Shown here: piece by piece, positions 1 through 12,805 of the stretch
Layout of the letters: the number at the start of each line of letters is the position of its first letter
Numbering within the stretch: the stretch's first letter is position 1
Assembly (NCBI GenBank): GCA_965153455.1
Contig: OZ234493.1
Location: 14,002,213 to 14,066,212 of the forward strand
DNA: 64,000 bases
From: Sphagnum compactum
Taxonomy: Eukaryota
Reading direction: 5' to 3'
The notes under the pieces: model-generated
What the model saw: only the letters and a program-made list of their open reading frames with translations
Database searches by the model: none
Told to the model about the DNA's origin: nothing
Translations under genes and position numbers: made by a program

Positions 1-3000
1 TATGTGATATGTTTTGCCATGCTAAGGATTGCAATATATTTTTGTGAAGCATCCCCTATAACCTCTATGTTAATTCATATACACTAGAATAAATGTTGTC
101 CATCGCAACCATATGTTTGCAATTACCATGTGACTACTATCCAAACCAACTTATTTTGTGACTATAAAAGATCCAATTGTCCTACATGTCATGATAGTTG
201 CAAGTCATGCTAATCACATATGCGACTACAAGAAGCTCAAATCAAAGTTTAGTTGTAGGTGTGACTGTAATTTACGAATCTAAAATCTTTCTTTGAAAAT
301 ATAAATGAAAAGTGACTAGTGTCATGTAGAATTTGGTTGCATCCATCAATGGATGATAACTTAGTTGTTTTTGCAACTACAATGTATTTTGTGCAATTGC
401 AACAATATATTTTGCCAAGTGTACAAAGATGCTTAGATCTACCACACATGCCATCTTTGTTACTCCAAATGAAGTATTGAAGTAGGCAACAATGGAACTT
501 ATGTTGTTGGAGAAAGCCATGATCACAACACCCCAAATATAAATAAAGTTTGAGAACACCCCAAGTATATATCAATGAAAACTACTTAAAGACATATATT
601 TACTAGTTCTTTTATCTCCTCTTCCAATGATATGGCGCATCCCATACTGATCATCCCTTTCAAACTAAAAAAATGTTCATGATAACAAATCATAAGTTAT
701 ATACTCCATCCCATTAATTCCAAGACTTATAAATTTAACTACAACTTAAGTTTTACTCCTTCAAGATATAGAAAGTGCTATGAAAAGATGCACATGTTTC
801 TATTATTTTTAAACCAACTAGATTAGCACCTAAGTACCCAAACCTCATAAAATTGACAAGGATACACACTGCAATAGAAAAAATACTCACATTTATTTTG
901 AATTTTCAAGAATAAAATTAACATCCTCTCCAAAAGTCATGAAATACCAATATAAAGTCAAAACCTTCTCCCAAAACTAGCAACCCTTTAAAAGTTTCTT
1001 TGAAAAAAAATTAGCAAAAAAAGAAAATTTTGCCAAGGATTTTAATGGTAAGATCCTTTAAGGGCTTACATTATAATTACCAAAGTTTTTGAGTATTGAA
1101 ACTTTTTACCGAAATTGGAGTATTGAAGTTTTGTACTAAAAGGCTTTACCAAAAGTCACTACCAAGACCGTTTACCAAAAGTTCATTACTAAAAATGGGA
1201 GGGGCCAAGGACCAAAAATGAAAAGGGCAAGTGACTGAAAATGAAAAGGCCATGATCCAAATTGGAAAGGGCTAGTGATTGAAAATTTAAAGGTTTGATA
1301 ATCACACTTACATGACATCTGTCCAATGGTGACTGAGAGGTCACCACAATTGTTTGATGGTGACTGAAACATGCATAGTTGTTTACTGGTGACCAAATTG
1401 ATATATTCAAGTTTAGTAATCATGGAAGCCTTTTTTTTGCCTTCTGTTTCTGCTTTCTTTTTGAGGGGGAGGGGGGGGGTGATTATTTTTCAAAATTTGG
1501 AAAGTGACTTAAGTATGTGAAATCACCCACAATAATGTTTAGAGGTTCAAGAAATTTGAAAAAACAAAATCATGGGTAATGTGTACAACTTTTTATATCA
1601 ACTTGTGAGGAAATACCAATATCCTTTATTTACAAAGAATGTGCATTTATGTGTTTGCAACAAAATTATGCACTTCTGTCATGGACAATATTCCTATTTA
1701 TGGTTGTATTCTATTGAAGTAATCATGTGTGTTATAAACATGAAGTTCCTTGGGGATGTCTTTGTATAACAAATCCTCTAGCATATTCATGGTAACATCC
1801 AAAACATATACACTTTCAAATGCACATGGTAGATATTTGACATTTGCACCCTTGTAATCCCAAGCTACAAACATTCACTCCCCTTTCGTGATTTGTGCAT
1901 TACTAACATACAAGGTTGATGGGATTTCCTTGTACAACAAGCCTTTTAGTAATTGAACGATATCTACATAATATTCTCCTTCTTTCTAGCTTGGGAAATA
2001 TATGACATGGATCCCTTCGCAATCCCATGTAATCATGGTGTTGTCGTCATAATTGTGATTGTCATCAAGTGTGATGTTGAACTCAACTTGGTTTCATTTC
2101 ATGCCCTCATTTTGATTACTTGACATGGTTGACTTTGTCCAACACATAAGGATAACCCAAGGACAAAACATTTTTTCCAAGTGTATTGCATTGATTATCA
2201 AAAAATAATTTGAGTCATACACGTCAAAAAAGAAAATTCCCAAAATGTATTCTCAAATGATGATGAAACCCAAGGACATTTCATCAAACAAAACATCAAG
2301 CAAAGGGGGAAAGGAAGAACCTATCATATATAAAGATGGTGATCAGAATCCATTTTCATCACCATTGGATAGTTGAAATCAATCGAGGTCATTCCAACCA
2401 CCTGATGTTATGAGAAATCATGTCCGCGGAGACCACACTACCTTGCAACTAGAGTTCAAAAACCATTCAAGTACAATTGCATTACAATTATGTCCTCCAA
2501 AGTGCAATTCCTATGCAACTACACTTTATAAATATGATGATTTAATAAATAAATTTCCATGTTAGAAAATAAGCTAGTTATTTGGTAATTGCACCGTAGT
2601 TCTAAAGGTGTTTTATTTATACACTTTGTATTTATGCATGTAGTCAATTACATTTGAGTTTTTGAAGAGTTGCATTGTAGTTATAACGTGCAACTAAATT
2701 AGGAATGTTAAAAATGAGTTACACATTGAACAAGTTTTTTACAATTAACATATAACTTTCATATATGTGATTACACCATGTGTCCACATTCCCACCATCC
2801 ATGAGGTACAAACTTTGTAATTGATTTTCAACTATGAAGTTTATTTTTATAGTTGGTTAGCCACTATGTTGCCATTAAATGGCCACTAATAAAGTATTAC
2901 CGATTCACTATCCATATAAAGTGTGAATTTGTAGACTTCAAATTGAATCCCAATGCTATATAAACTATATTAAAAATATTTATATTGGAGGTACATCAAG

Positions 3001-3779
3001 GTATTCAAGCTTATACACATAGAATTTTTGTAAATTACATGAACAAATGTGGAATTGATAATAGTTGATTTTTTTGCAAATAGTTCCTTAGCACCCACAA
3101 AGGTTGCATCTTGTGGCATATTTAATATGTAATATTTCAAATTAACTAACTGAATATTAATTATTAATTTATGACTTAATTTATTTAATTATTATGAACT
3201 AGAAATTAGATTAAATATTAGCCTTTAATCTACATTAATTAATCTAAAACTAATTTAGACAATTTGTGAAATTAAAAGTAATGTGTATATTTGATTAAAC
3301 ATTCATTAAGGGTGTACATATGGATATGTTTATATATACTTTGATGTCTTTTATTCAAATTCATATTAATTTTTTAAATATTTCATAATGAATTATTTGT
3401 TAATAATTAATCAATATGTAATATACTTAATTGATAAAAATTAATTAACTAAAATGAATAATAAAATATTCATATGAATTTATTAATCAAATTTTGTTAG
3501 TAAAATCAGATAATAATTAAATAAATATCTAAAATTGGATAATTAATTATTTAAATTCACTAACTAACTAACTATTTAAATTTAATTAATTAATTCAATT
3601 AATTTAGAAACTCATTTTAAAAATAATTAGGTGAATAATTACTGGATTATATTTGAATTCAAATCATCAATTATCAAAATAATTATTCTGATAATTAATT
3701 ATCTAATAGTTTGATACTTAATTATTTGATAATTAATTATACCATAAATTAATTAATTTCAAACTTTGAAACTATTTAA

Positions 3780-4170
3780 GAATAACCATAAACAATTTTG
3801 ACATATCGAACAACTATCCAAAATGGCTTTAATTTGAACCAGGTGGCCACACGAGCCTGTGCAATGAAATTAATAACGACAAATTGTTTGGATTCAAATC
3901 AACTGTTCACCTAATCTTCTGCAACAAAATTAATAAAGGTCAATTTTTTGAATTAGAATCAGGTGGTAATTGCAAGTTGATGTTTCTCAATGAAATTAAT
4001 AAAAGCAAATTGTTTGGATTAAAATTAGGTGGCAAACATGCTTTGCAACAAAATTAATAAAAGCCAATTCTTTAGATTAAAGGGAGGTGGCCACTTAGTC
4101 TTTTGCAACAAAGTTAATAAAGGCCAAATAGCTTGTTTCTGCTCCAAAGCGATCACCTAATCATTTGCAA
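3780..4170. repeat. Degenerate ~60-bp tandem repeat
   Basis: Recurring unit GCAACAAAATTAATAAAGGCCAATTGTTTGGATT..AAATCAGGTGGCCAC, about 5-6 diverged copies; boundaries approximate. Confidence 0.65.
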
Positions 4171-5185
4171 ACTAATTTATACCAATTAACAATTAACACA
4201 TTTCAACATTAATACAAAAGATCCAAGAACTAGAAATTTCAATTACATATACATACACCATATACATGTATATAATGTGTCATTTCAATAAAATGACTGA
4301 AAAAACTAAAATTGCAAGCTCTTAAACCCTAAGAATGTTGCTCCTTGTCAAACACTAAGATACATGTATAAAAACATTAACATTATCTCGAAACAAGAAT
4401 TTGATTAGACAACTATGCTTTTTGCTTTTCAAAACTACAAAAAAATCACATTATTTACAAATAATACTTTGAACCCACTATAGACAAAATTCAATACATG
4501 AATCCTATAATTAGATATAGGATGAAGTCACACAAACAAATTTCAAAAACTTGAGAAAGTTCAAAGTGGATCATACCTAGGTAAAGGAAGTTGAGTTATT
4601 TTGTAATCCATGTTATTGCTTTTCATGTACTGCATAAACTAAGAATAATGTGGGGAAGAGGAATTCAAACATGGCTTACAATATTTGGCAATGATTTCAA
4701 AATGTATTCCAACTATATTTGTAAAAGGTAATCCAATCAATGTTGGCCACAATTGAGATGCAAGATCCAACCATTAGATCGACATTGTTGGACTTTTTAT
4801 GTATTCCATAATAAACATTGATTTAAATGTGCCATGTTATTTTGCTTCAATTGAAGAGATAAAAAATGATTATCCAATAAATAAGATACAAGATCAAAAA
4901 GATAGTTGCATATTTCATGTTTGTATGTTGAAACCAAACAATGACCATATGAATGCAATACATGTTCAAATGATGAATCAACAAGATTTGATAAAGTTGT
5001 TTCCATTATTATGAACTTCAATTTAATCCAAATATATAAATAATAAAATCTCTTTCCTCACACATACACATTAAAAAAGATATGGAATCAATGATTCATT
5101 AAAAGACTAATCAATGATTACATTGAAAAATTATTTATATTAAACATTGATTTTATTAAAAAAATAAAAAAAAGATCATTTAAAA

Positions 5186-5920
5186 AAACTACTTGGATTC
5201 AAAATTTGATTGGATGGAAAAAATGCTTATATTAAAAAATTGCATGGATTCAAAATTTGATTAAATGGAAAGACTACATGTATTAAAAAATTGCTTGGGT
5301 TCAAAAATTAATTGGATGGAAAAACTACTTGTACTGAAAATTGCTTGGATTCAAAAATTGATTGAATGGAAAAAACTACTTGTATTGAAAAACTACTTTG
5401 ATTCAAAAATTGATTAGATGGAAAAATTGCTCGCACTGAAAAATTGCTTGGATTCAAAAATTGATTAGATGGAAAAGTTGTTTTTACTAGAAAAATTGTT
5501 TGGATTCAAATTTGGTTGAATGGAAAAACTACTTGTAATGACAAATTACTTCACTTTAAAAATTGATTAGATGGATAATCTAGTTATATTGAAAAACTAT
5601 TTCGATTCAAAATTTGATTAAATGGGTAATCTACTTGTATTGAAAAATTGATTCAATTCGAAATTGATTGGATGGAAAGACTATTTGTTTTTAAAAAAAA
5701 ATTGGATTCAAATTTACTTGGATAAAAAAACTACTTGTATTGAAAAATTACTTGGTTAAAAAAAATTGCTTGCATGGAAAAACTTTTTATATTGAAAAAT
5801 TGTTTGGATTCGAAAATTGAATGGATGAAAAAACTACTTGTACTAGAAAATTGCTTGGATTAAAAGAATTTCTTCCATGGAAAAAAAATTATATTGAAAA
5901 ATTATTTAAATTAAGAAATT
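5186..5920. repeat. ~51-bp minisatellite, about 14 copies
   Basis: Unit AAAAATTGCTTGGATTCAAAAATTGATTGGATGGAAAAACTACTTGTATTG recurs at 50-52 bp spacing (e.g. TTGCTTGG at 5291 and 5341). Confidence 0.85.
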
Positions 5921-6668
5921 GCTTCAAACATCCAAAAATAAGAAATCACAAAAAATATGGTATAGGAAGTTTTCAGATATATGTCCAATATTTGTATACT
6001 AAAGGTAATTATAAAAAGGTTGCTCAAAAATTATAATCAACAATTATAATCTTTAATATGGTTTCTGTTTAGAATCTTATTTCAACTCATCAAAGTGAAC
6101 CTTGTGTTTCACATTATATTGGACATTGTCAATAGAACTAATTGCCAAAGGAGCAAACCAACCCCTCAATAGTTAAATTTTTTTCTATTTCTAGGATAAA
6201 TTGTTGTATGTCAAGTTTCAAAAACCAACAAGGGTAAATGTGAGCGACAATTGAAGTTTTCCACAAACATGAATTAAAATGAAAAGTTGAACTTGTTTTG
6301 TATGAACCAAATTTAGGAATTTAAACTTTGTCATATGCACAATTGCTTCAAGCCACTTTCCTTCAATGGTCAATAATATAGGTCCATCATTGGTTGGAAC
6401 CTCAAAAAAACCTAATTTTATGAACCTTTGATTTTGAACAACAAACATTATAATGAAATTCACTTGTTGAATAAATGATGACATCTACGACATGATAGTT
6501 TCCACACACCTTTTGGATTGGAGGTGTAGAAGGGCTAATTATGGACAACACCTTGCTCACTTGAAAAATAAAAACAAAATATGTTAAAACAAAAAAATAA
6601 TGAAAAATGTAGAAAGAAGCAAAATTGTAAAAATTTATAACAAAAAAAAACTGAGGAAAAGAAAAATA

Positions 6669-6780
6669 ATTCCCCTTAGGAAGGACACAATTAAATGGCC
6701 ACTTGACTGTAACCAAAAAAAAATCCCTTGGGTAGGACACAATCGAATGGCCATCTAACTGTGTCCTTCCTAAGGGGAAT
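6669..6780. repeat. 112-bp inverted-repeat / palindromic mini-element
   Basis: ATTCCCCTTAGGAAGGACACA (6669-6689) is the exact reverse complement of 6760-6780; the interior holds a second partial copy of the arm. Confidence 0.85.
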
Positions 6781-7619
6781 CAACATGCTAGGATCAAGTT
6801 TTGATCCTTGTACCTATTCAAAATGGTGCAAAATCTTTGCCGTTCACCTACCACATTCATATAGAAAATTCACATACATGATTTATCATCTTTCAATGTT
6901 TGAATGTAAAAAAACCACAAAGTTTAAAATCTAATTTCTTTTTCTATACTTACTCAAATGAAAATTTGAATATGGATGATTAAACTTTGATGCATAATTT
7001 ACATATGTGCACCAACTAAAAATTCAAATAACAAATTTTGAACATAGAAACTCACTGTTGAATTTCAAAATTTTTAGCATATTCGTTATGTTTCAATACA
7101 TGCTCAATTTTAACAAATATATGTATAATTTAAATATAAAACCTAGAATATTCTTAATATAAATATAAACATAAATATGTTATGTAACATATTACAAACA
7201 GATAATATAATTTTACACATAATTTATTAATATTATTATATTATTATATAAATAATATGTATATATAGTACATATATATAATATATGAATATTTAATTTT
7301 TTATTATATAAATGTATATTTTAAAATATTAAAATTAATTATATCTTATTTATTATAATCAAACTACTTAATATAACATTTTTTCTTTTTTCCAAATTTT
7401 ATAATTTTATATTTATTAAAATCTACATGTTTAATATGATATACATACATACATAAGCAGTGTTATATGTATATAAATATTCTTGAAATATATTTAACGT
7501 ATATACATAATCTAAAAAATATTTTGTAATAAAATTATGTTTTTAAAATTTTAAAATTATATTTATTCATATTTTTAAAAGGTTTTTCTAATAAATTTAA
7601 TATGTTATAAATTTATGAA

Positions 7620-8300
7620 ACTTAAACCCATGGATAAATCTGGTAAAACTTTGCTAAATTTGGTTAAAGGAACATAATTTGCTGAATTATGATATTTTGG
7701 TTAAAATAAATGAAGCTAAAACATGTTATTTTGATTAAATTAAGATTAAATTTCTTATATTTTGATAAATTTGGGTGAAACTTTTCAAAGCTTGGTTAAA
7801 TGAATATAAATTTAGTTAAATTAAATGATTTTGGCTAAATTTGGCTAAATTTAGATTTTAAAAAATTAAATTTGGTTATTTATTGCTGAAATTGAATAAA
7901 TTTGGCTGAACCTAGAAAAGTTTTAGTTAAAATTGGTTATCTATTTGGTTAAATTTGAATAAATTAAATTAAACTTGGATACTTAAGTTAAATTTGGTTC
8001 AAATTGGTGAAATCAAGTTACATTAAGCCACTTTGGCTAAACTTGGTTCAAATTTTTTAAATGACTTTTAAAAGGTATTTTGGTTGAACTAAGGCCAAAA
8101 CTAGGCTAAATTGAGTTAATTAATCTAAGTTTGGCTAAACTTGATACATTTAGCTAAATCAAATTAAATGAAATTACATATGTTAAAGTATGGTACAATA
8201 AGCTATTAAAAATAAATTAGGCTACTTGTGGTAAACTAATTAACTTCAAGTAGATTAAATTAGATTAAAATAGGATTGGATTAAATTAAATTAAATTTTA
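7620..8300. repeat. Low-complexity degenerate ~10-bp repeat (TTAAATTTGG-like)
   Basis: Dense GGTTAAATTT/GGCTAAACTT variants. Confidence 0.6.
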
Positions 8301-10249
8301 GTTTATTCATATTAAAACATATACCTATGCCTATTTAAAGGCTACTTATTAGGAAATTTTTTAATCCACCTAAGCCTATATTTAGGGATTAATCAGGACG
8401 TAATATGTTTATTTAGGCCTATTTAAGGTTCACCTAGATTTTAAAACTTTTTTAGTGAACCTAACTTGCTTAACGTATTCATGTACATGCTTAACTTAGC
8501 TAACTTTCATGATTGCTAGTTATGTAGTCGTAATATCATAGTCATATGAGACTAAAAGTCTTATAATCATGACAAAAATTAATAATGATTGGGTTATATC
8601 ACTCCATGATTTGGTTTGGACACTAGTTACAATATGTCTTAGTCATGGATGTTATGTTTTGGTGTAGTGAATGAAATCCATGTGAAAAGACATGGGAACC
8701 AATTTAAGTTCAAAAACAATGATTGGTGACACAATCGTCGTCAACTCAACTATAATGACAACATGCATGCCACTTTTCTCAAATCCCTTTTTGGACTTTG
8801 ATTCAATGTTGAAATTCTTGACCTTCATAAACATGGCTTTTGTAAGTATTGCTCATCCATATTTATATGTGGTGATTTGACCTTGAAAGTGATTGTGGTT
8901 AGAACTACCTTGTTCAACAATTCACAATGCAAACATGCATAGCCTAGATCTTTCATGCTTATATTTGCAATTTGATCAAATTAAAGGTGCCATATTTCAT
9001 GAGCAACTTTACTTCAAACGTAACATCTCTAATTTCAAAGTCCAAATCATCAATCGCAACAACTAATCGGATTTCTTTCACTAGAATAACAACCATTGTG
9101 CAAGAAAAAAAAAAGACTTACCAAAATGAATTTGATAATCATTAAAAAAGTAGTAGAAGAATGGGATTTAGCAAACACAAATGTACAAAAACACACATTT
9201 GAAAAAACTCAAGCTTGTAAAAAACATCAATACAAAATATGAAAGCTTAAGTCAAGCACAATGTTCATGCTAGTTAAAAAGAGAGATAACAAACATATAA
9301 TGTAATCTTTAATATGGGATAGAAAAACTTGACTAAAACCTTAAACCTAACCTAACCTTTTACTTTTGTTATTTGACTTTAACTAATTTTGACAACATGG
9401 TTGACTACAATTCAACAATAAAAAATCATATTTATAGTTTGATGATGAAGTTATGGTCTTATAATGAGCAAGGTATCTTACGAATTTTAATTATGCAACT
9501 CATGGGTACATCGGAACCCTAATTGTTTCAACTCAAATTTGAAATCCAACATTTTAACCCTAAATTTTTTTCCATTGTTTAAACCATTCTTTTTGTTTTC
9601 ATTTCAATATATATAGAAAGAGATGTATTGATAAACATCAACTTTTTGGTCACAGAACAAATTGAAATTGAATTGTTTTTCAATTTTTGGTTAAATGTAT
9701 TCAATGTTTGATTTCAAACAAGATTTTGTTATTTTTTCTTTAAATTTTGAAAGTAAATTTTTTGTGTTGAAATCTTACCAAGTTTGGTACCTCCAAAAAA
9801 TGACATTGGTTTTTGAAAAATATTTTCTTGGGAAAATATCCTCGATAAATCACCATTTGGCCCAAATAACTATTTGCAAATAGGGTTCTTGTACATTACT
9901 TGTGCATTTTGTTGGCCTTGGCTACCAAGGCAAGGATTTTGGCCCCCAGGTAATAGGTTTATTTTAATACGAGGACTTTTGAAAGACTATATTTTGGCTT
10001 ACATTGAAACTTAAGATTAGTTATAGAGTTATAATATCTTGAAGGATTTTGGTTTCTTTTAGAAGACTTTTTGAAGATTTATATTTTTGCATGGTGAAAT
10101 ATTTGAGTTTCCATAATTCTTCTTTTGCCATAAGATAATTTTAAATGTAAATGGCAAGGCCACAGTGTGACACCCCTTGTTTCATTTGTAAAGGGCAACC
10201 ATTATACATGGTCACTCAAAGGTGGGGGGCAGGGTGTTTTTTTTGTCAG

Positions 10250-10330
10250 TTTGGTGAGGTCGGTGGTTTGGCGATCTTCATATTAAGAAATCTTAGCCAA
10301 ATATGGCTACAGGTAGAGACGACATTAGAG
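10250..10330 (+). repeat. Short dispersed repeat family (copy 1 of at least 7 in the window)
   Basis: Core CAATTTTGTGATGTAGCCAAAGTGGCGATCATCCATAAGATGATTTAGCCAGATTTGGCTAC. Related copies near 10610, 18555, 42706, 59901 (+) and 43905, 55495 (-). Confidence 0.7.
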
Positions 10331-11649
10331 AAAAGCATGATTCCTGTTGGCGACATGCTGGAAATGCGCTATCTACATATGGCAACTTCAGTTTTTTTTC
10401 CCACAATATGGCTACTTTGTAGAGGGTTTTTTTTGTTTCCAAAACAATCCTTTGTAGGATTTGAAATGCCATTCTTTTGGTCACAAGGTGGCCAAATTTC
10501 ACTCCAAAAAAGAATGCTGTCGGTGGGCACTTGAAATCACAAGCTTGGTAGTGGTCTGTTTCAGTTGGCAATTTCCTTGCAGAGTTTTTTAAAAATACAA
10601 TAAAAATCTGTCATGATGTAGCCAAGGTCGCAATGACGCATAAAACAAGTTAGCCAAATTTGGATATTAATGAATGATGAAAGAAAAATAATAATGGAAG
10701 CAGCCTTCTATATAGTTAGTTGGCTACATACCCTCTAGAACATGGCATAAGGCTGCCTACTGAAGTTCATTCACATGATAGAAAAATGTGGCGATTTTCA
10801 CGAATTGTGGATATGATCATCGACAGTGTGACTGGCTAAATCGCAAAAGCCAAAAGAAAAAACCCTAGCCAAAAAACCACCGGTTTTTCAAAACTTTAAA
10901 GAAATAAATAGCCAATAATTCAAAAAATATTGTTCCCTAGATTTTTGGCAGGACAATTAACAGATCCGAAGTTATCTTCTTGTCCGACCGAGGCACGCTT
11001 TGTAAGAAAAGGCATCAAACTGTCTGTCATGCAGTTCTCCATCATCGTCAAAGTCCCAGGGGACTCCTTTGCCTCTGGCAGAGACTACAGGGTCTGGTGG
11101 TTCTTCTTGAGCAAGTTAGTCCAGAGGCCCACCGAAACGATGAAAACCTCTGCTGCTGCTGCTGCTGCACCTTTGATCAATGGCCAGCACGAGTCTCTCG
11201 TGGGCAATAATAAGCACTGCTCACCACTTGGCATCTTTTCCTGCTGTCTGTAGCCAATTTGCTGATGATGCTGAGCTGATGTCACTCTGGGGAATAATAA
11301 TAGGCACGTTATTATATAGAGAAGACTACAGGGGTATGATGGTTTTCCTCGTCCCTTAAGTCCAAAGGTTCTCCTAACGACTGACAACCTCTGCATCTTT
11401 CATCCAAGCAAGAATGTCGTGGGCGGCTGGAGTGAACCAGCAGCCACCAATGCACCAGTTGAGGATGAGCCCGTTAAAGCCGTTTTGCGGATGAACAAAA
11501 ATCCCATCCTCCCTGCCCGCATGGGTTTTTTTTTTTCCACCTCTTCTCTGCCCCAAAACTCTCTACCTACCACCTACCTCCCCCCTCCTACCTACGACCT
11601 ACCAACCCCTCCCCCCCTCACTCCATCGCCAGAGCTCCGGAGACGTCGA

Positions 11650-11790
11650 GCGGGAGCGAGCTTGGAGCAGGGGAGCTGTGGCTTGGAGCTTGGAATAGCG
11701 AGCTTGGAGCAGCGAGCTTGGAGCTTGGGGAGCTATGGAGCTTGGGGAGCTTGGAGCAGCGAGCTTGGAGCTTGGAGCTTGGAGCTGTGG
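11650..11790. repeat. GAGCTTG heptamer-based tandem repeat inside the MULE
   Basis: Repeated GAGCTTGGAGC(AGC) units. Confidence 0.8.
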
Positions 11791-11887
11791 CTGGAGCCGG
11801 AGCAGGACCCACGCAGGACCCAGGTAAACATCTTTACTTTTTTTCTCTTGTTATTTGTTTGTGGAATTGCGCTGCAGTGCAGCGTAG

Positions 11888-12700
11888 CGAAGAAGGCCCG
11901 ATGCACTGCAGCGCAGTGAAGAAGGCGACGGCAGCAACGCAGCCGTCGCCTTCTTCTTCTTTTTTTTGCAGCGGAAGAAACAAGAAGACAAAGAAGACGA
12001 CAACTTTGCTTTCTTCTTCCTCTTATTTTGCTGCGTTGCAGCGCAACGCTGTGAAGAAGGCGACGACAGCGTTGTTGCCGTCGCCTTCTTCTTCCTCTTG
12101 TGGAGCTGTGCTGAGCAAGAAGGTGCAAAGAAGAAGGCTTTGCTGCCATCGCCTTCTTTTTATTGTTTTGCTGCGCTGCAACGCTGCCGTCACCTTCTTC
12201 TTCTTCTTCTTTTGCTGCTTTTGCTGCGTTGCAGCGCAGCCCAGCGAAGAAGGCGACAGCAGCAATGCCGTCGCCTTCTTCCTCTTTTTTTTTTCCTGCG
12301 CAAGAAGGCGCAAAGAAGAAGGAGATGGCAACAAAGCTGTCGTCGCCTTTTACATTTTTTTTTGCTGCGCTGCGCTGCAGCGTAAAGAAGAAGGGGACGA
12401 CAGCAAAGCTGCCGCCGCCTTCTTCATTTTTTTTTGCTGCGCTGCTTTGCTGCCGTCGCCTTCTTCATTTTTTTCCTTGTAGCATAGCAAAGAAGGTGAT
12501 TGCCGTGGCCTTCTTTCTTTTCTTTTTTTGCAGCAGAGAGAAGAAAGCGACGACAGCTGCAACTTTGTATTGAAGAAAAAGAAGATGACAGCTGTCGCCA
12601 CCTTCTTCGATGGCTTTGCTACAAGGAAATGGCGACCTCCGCCTTTCTTTTGTGGTTTTGCTGCGAAGAAGGTGACGACAGCAATGTCGTCACCTTCCTC
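11888..12700. repeat. Array of ~9-10 GC-rich hairpin units (GAAGAAGGCGACGGC-loop-GCCGTCGCCTTCTTC), most followed by a T-rich tract
   Basis: Perfect 15-bp stem at 11918-11956; diverged copies near 11990, 12053, 12246, 12315, 12387, 12490, 12580, 12665. Confidence 0.85.
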
Positions 12701-12805
12701 TATGGTGGCGGATTTTTTTTTTCTTTGTTGTTGCTTATGATTTGGTTCATTAGAATTAACATTTAACAATAACTGGTGGTTTTTTCTTTAGGGTTGGAGG
12801 TTGTA

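Noticed and set aside
11888-12700. CRISPR-like array of palindromic repeats
   Set aside because: Eukaryotic context, degenerate repeats, spacers related to each other, no cas genes
11419-12770. Many overlapping 100-250 aa ORFs on both strands
   Set aside because: Products of GC-rich low-complexity hairpin repeats; the translations are poly-R/K/F/S with no domain
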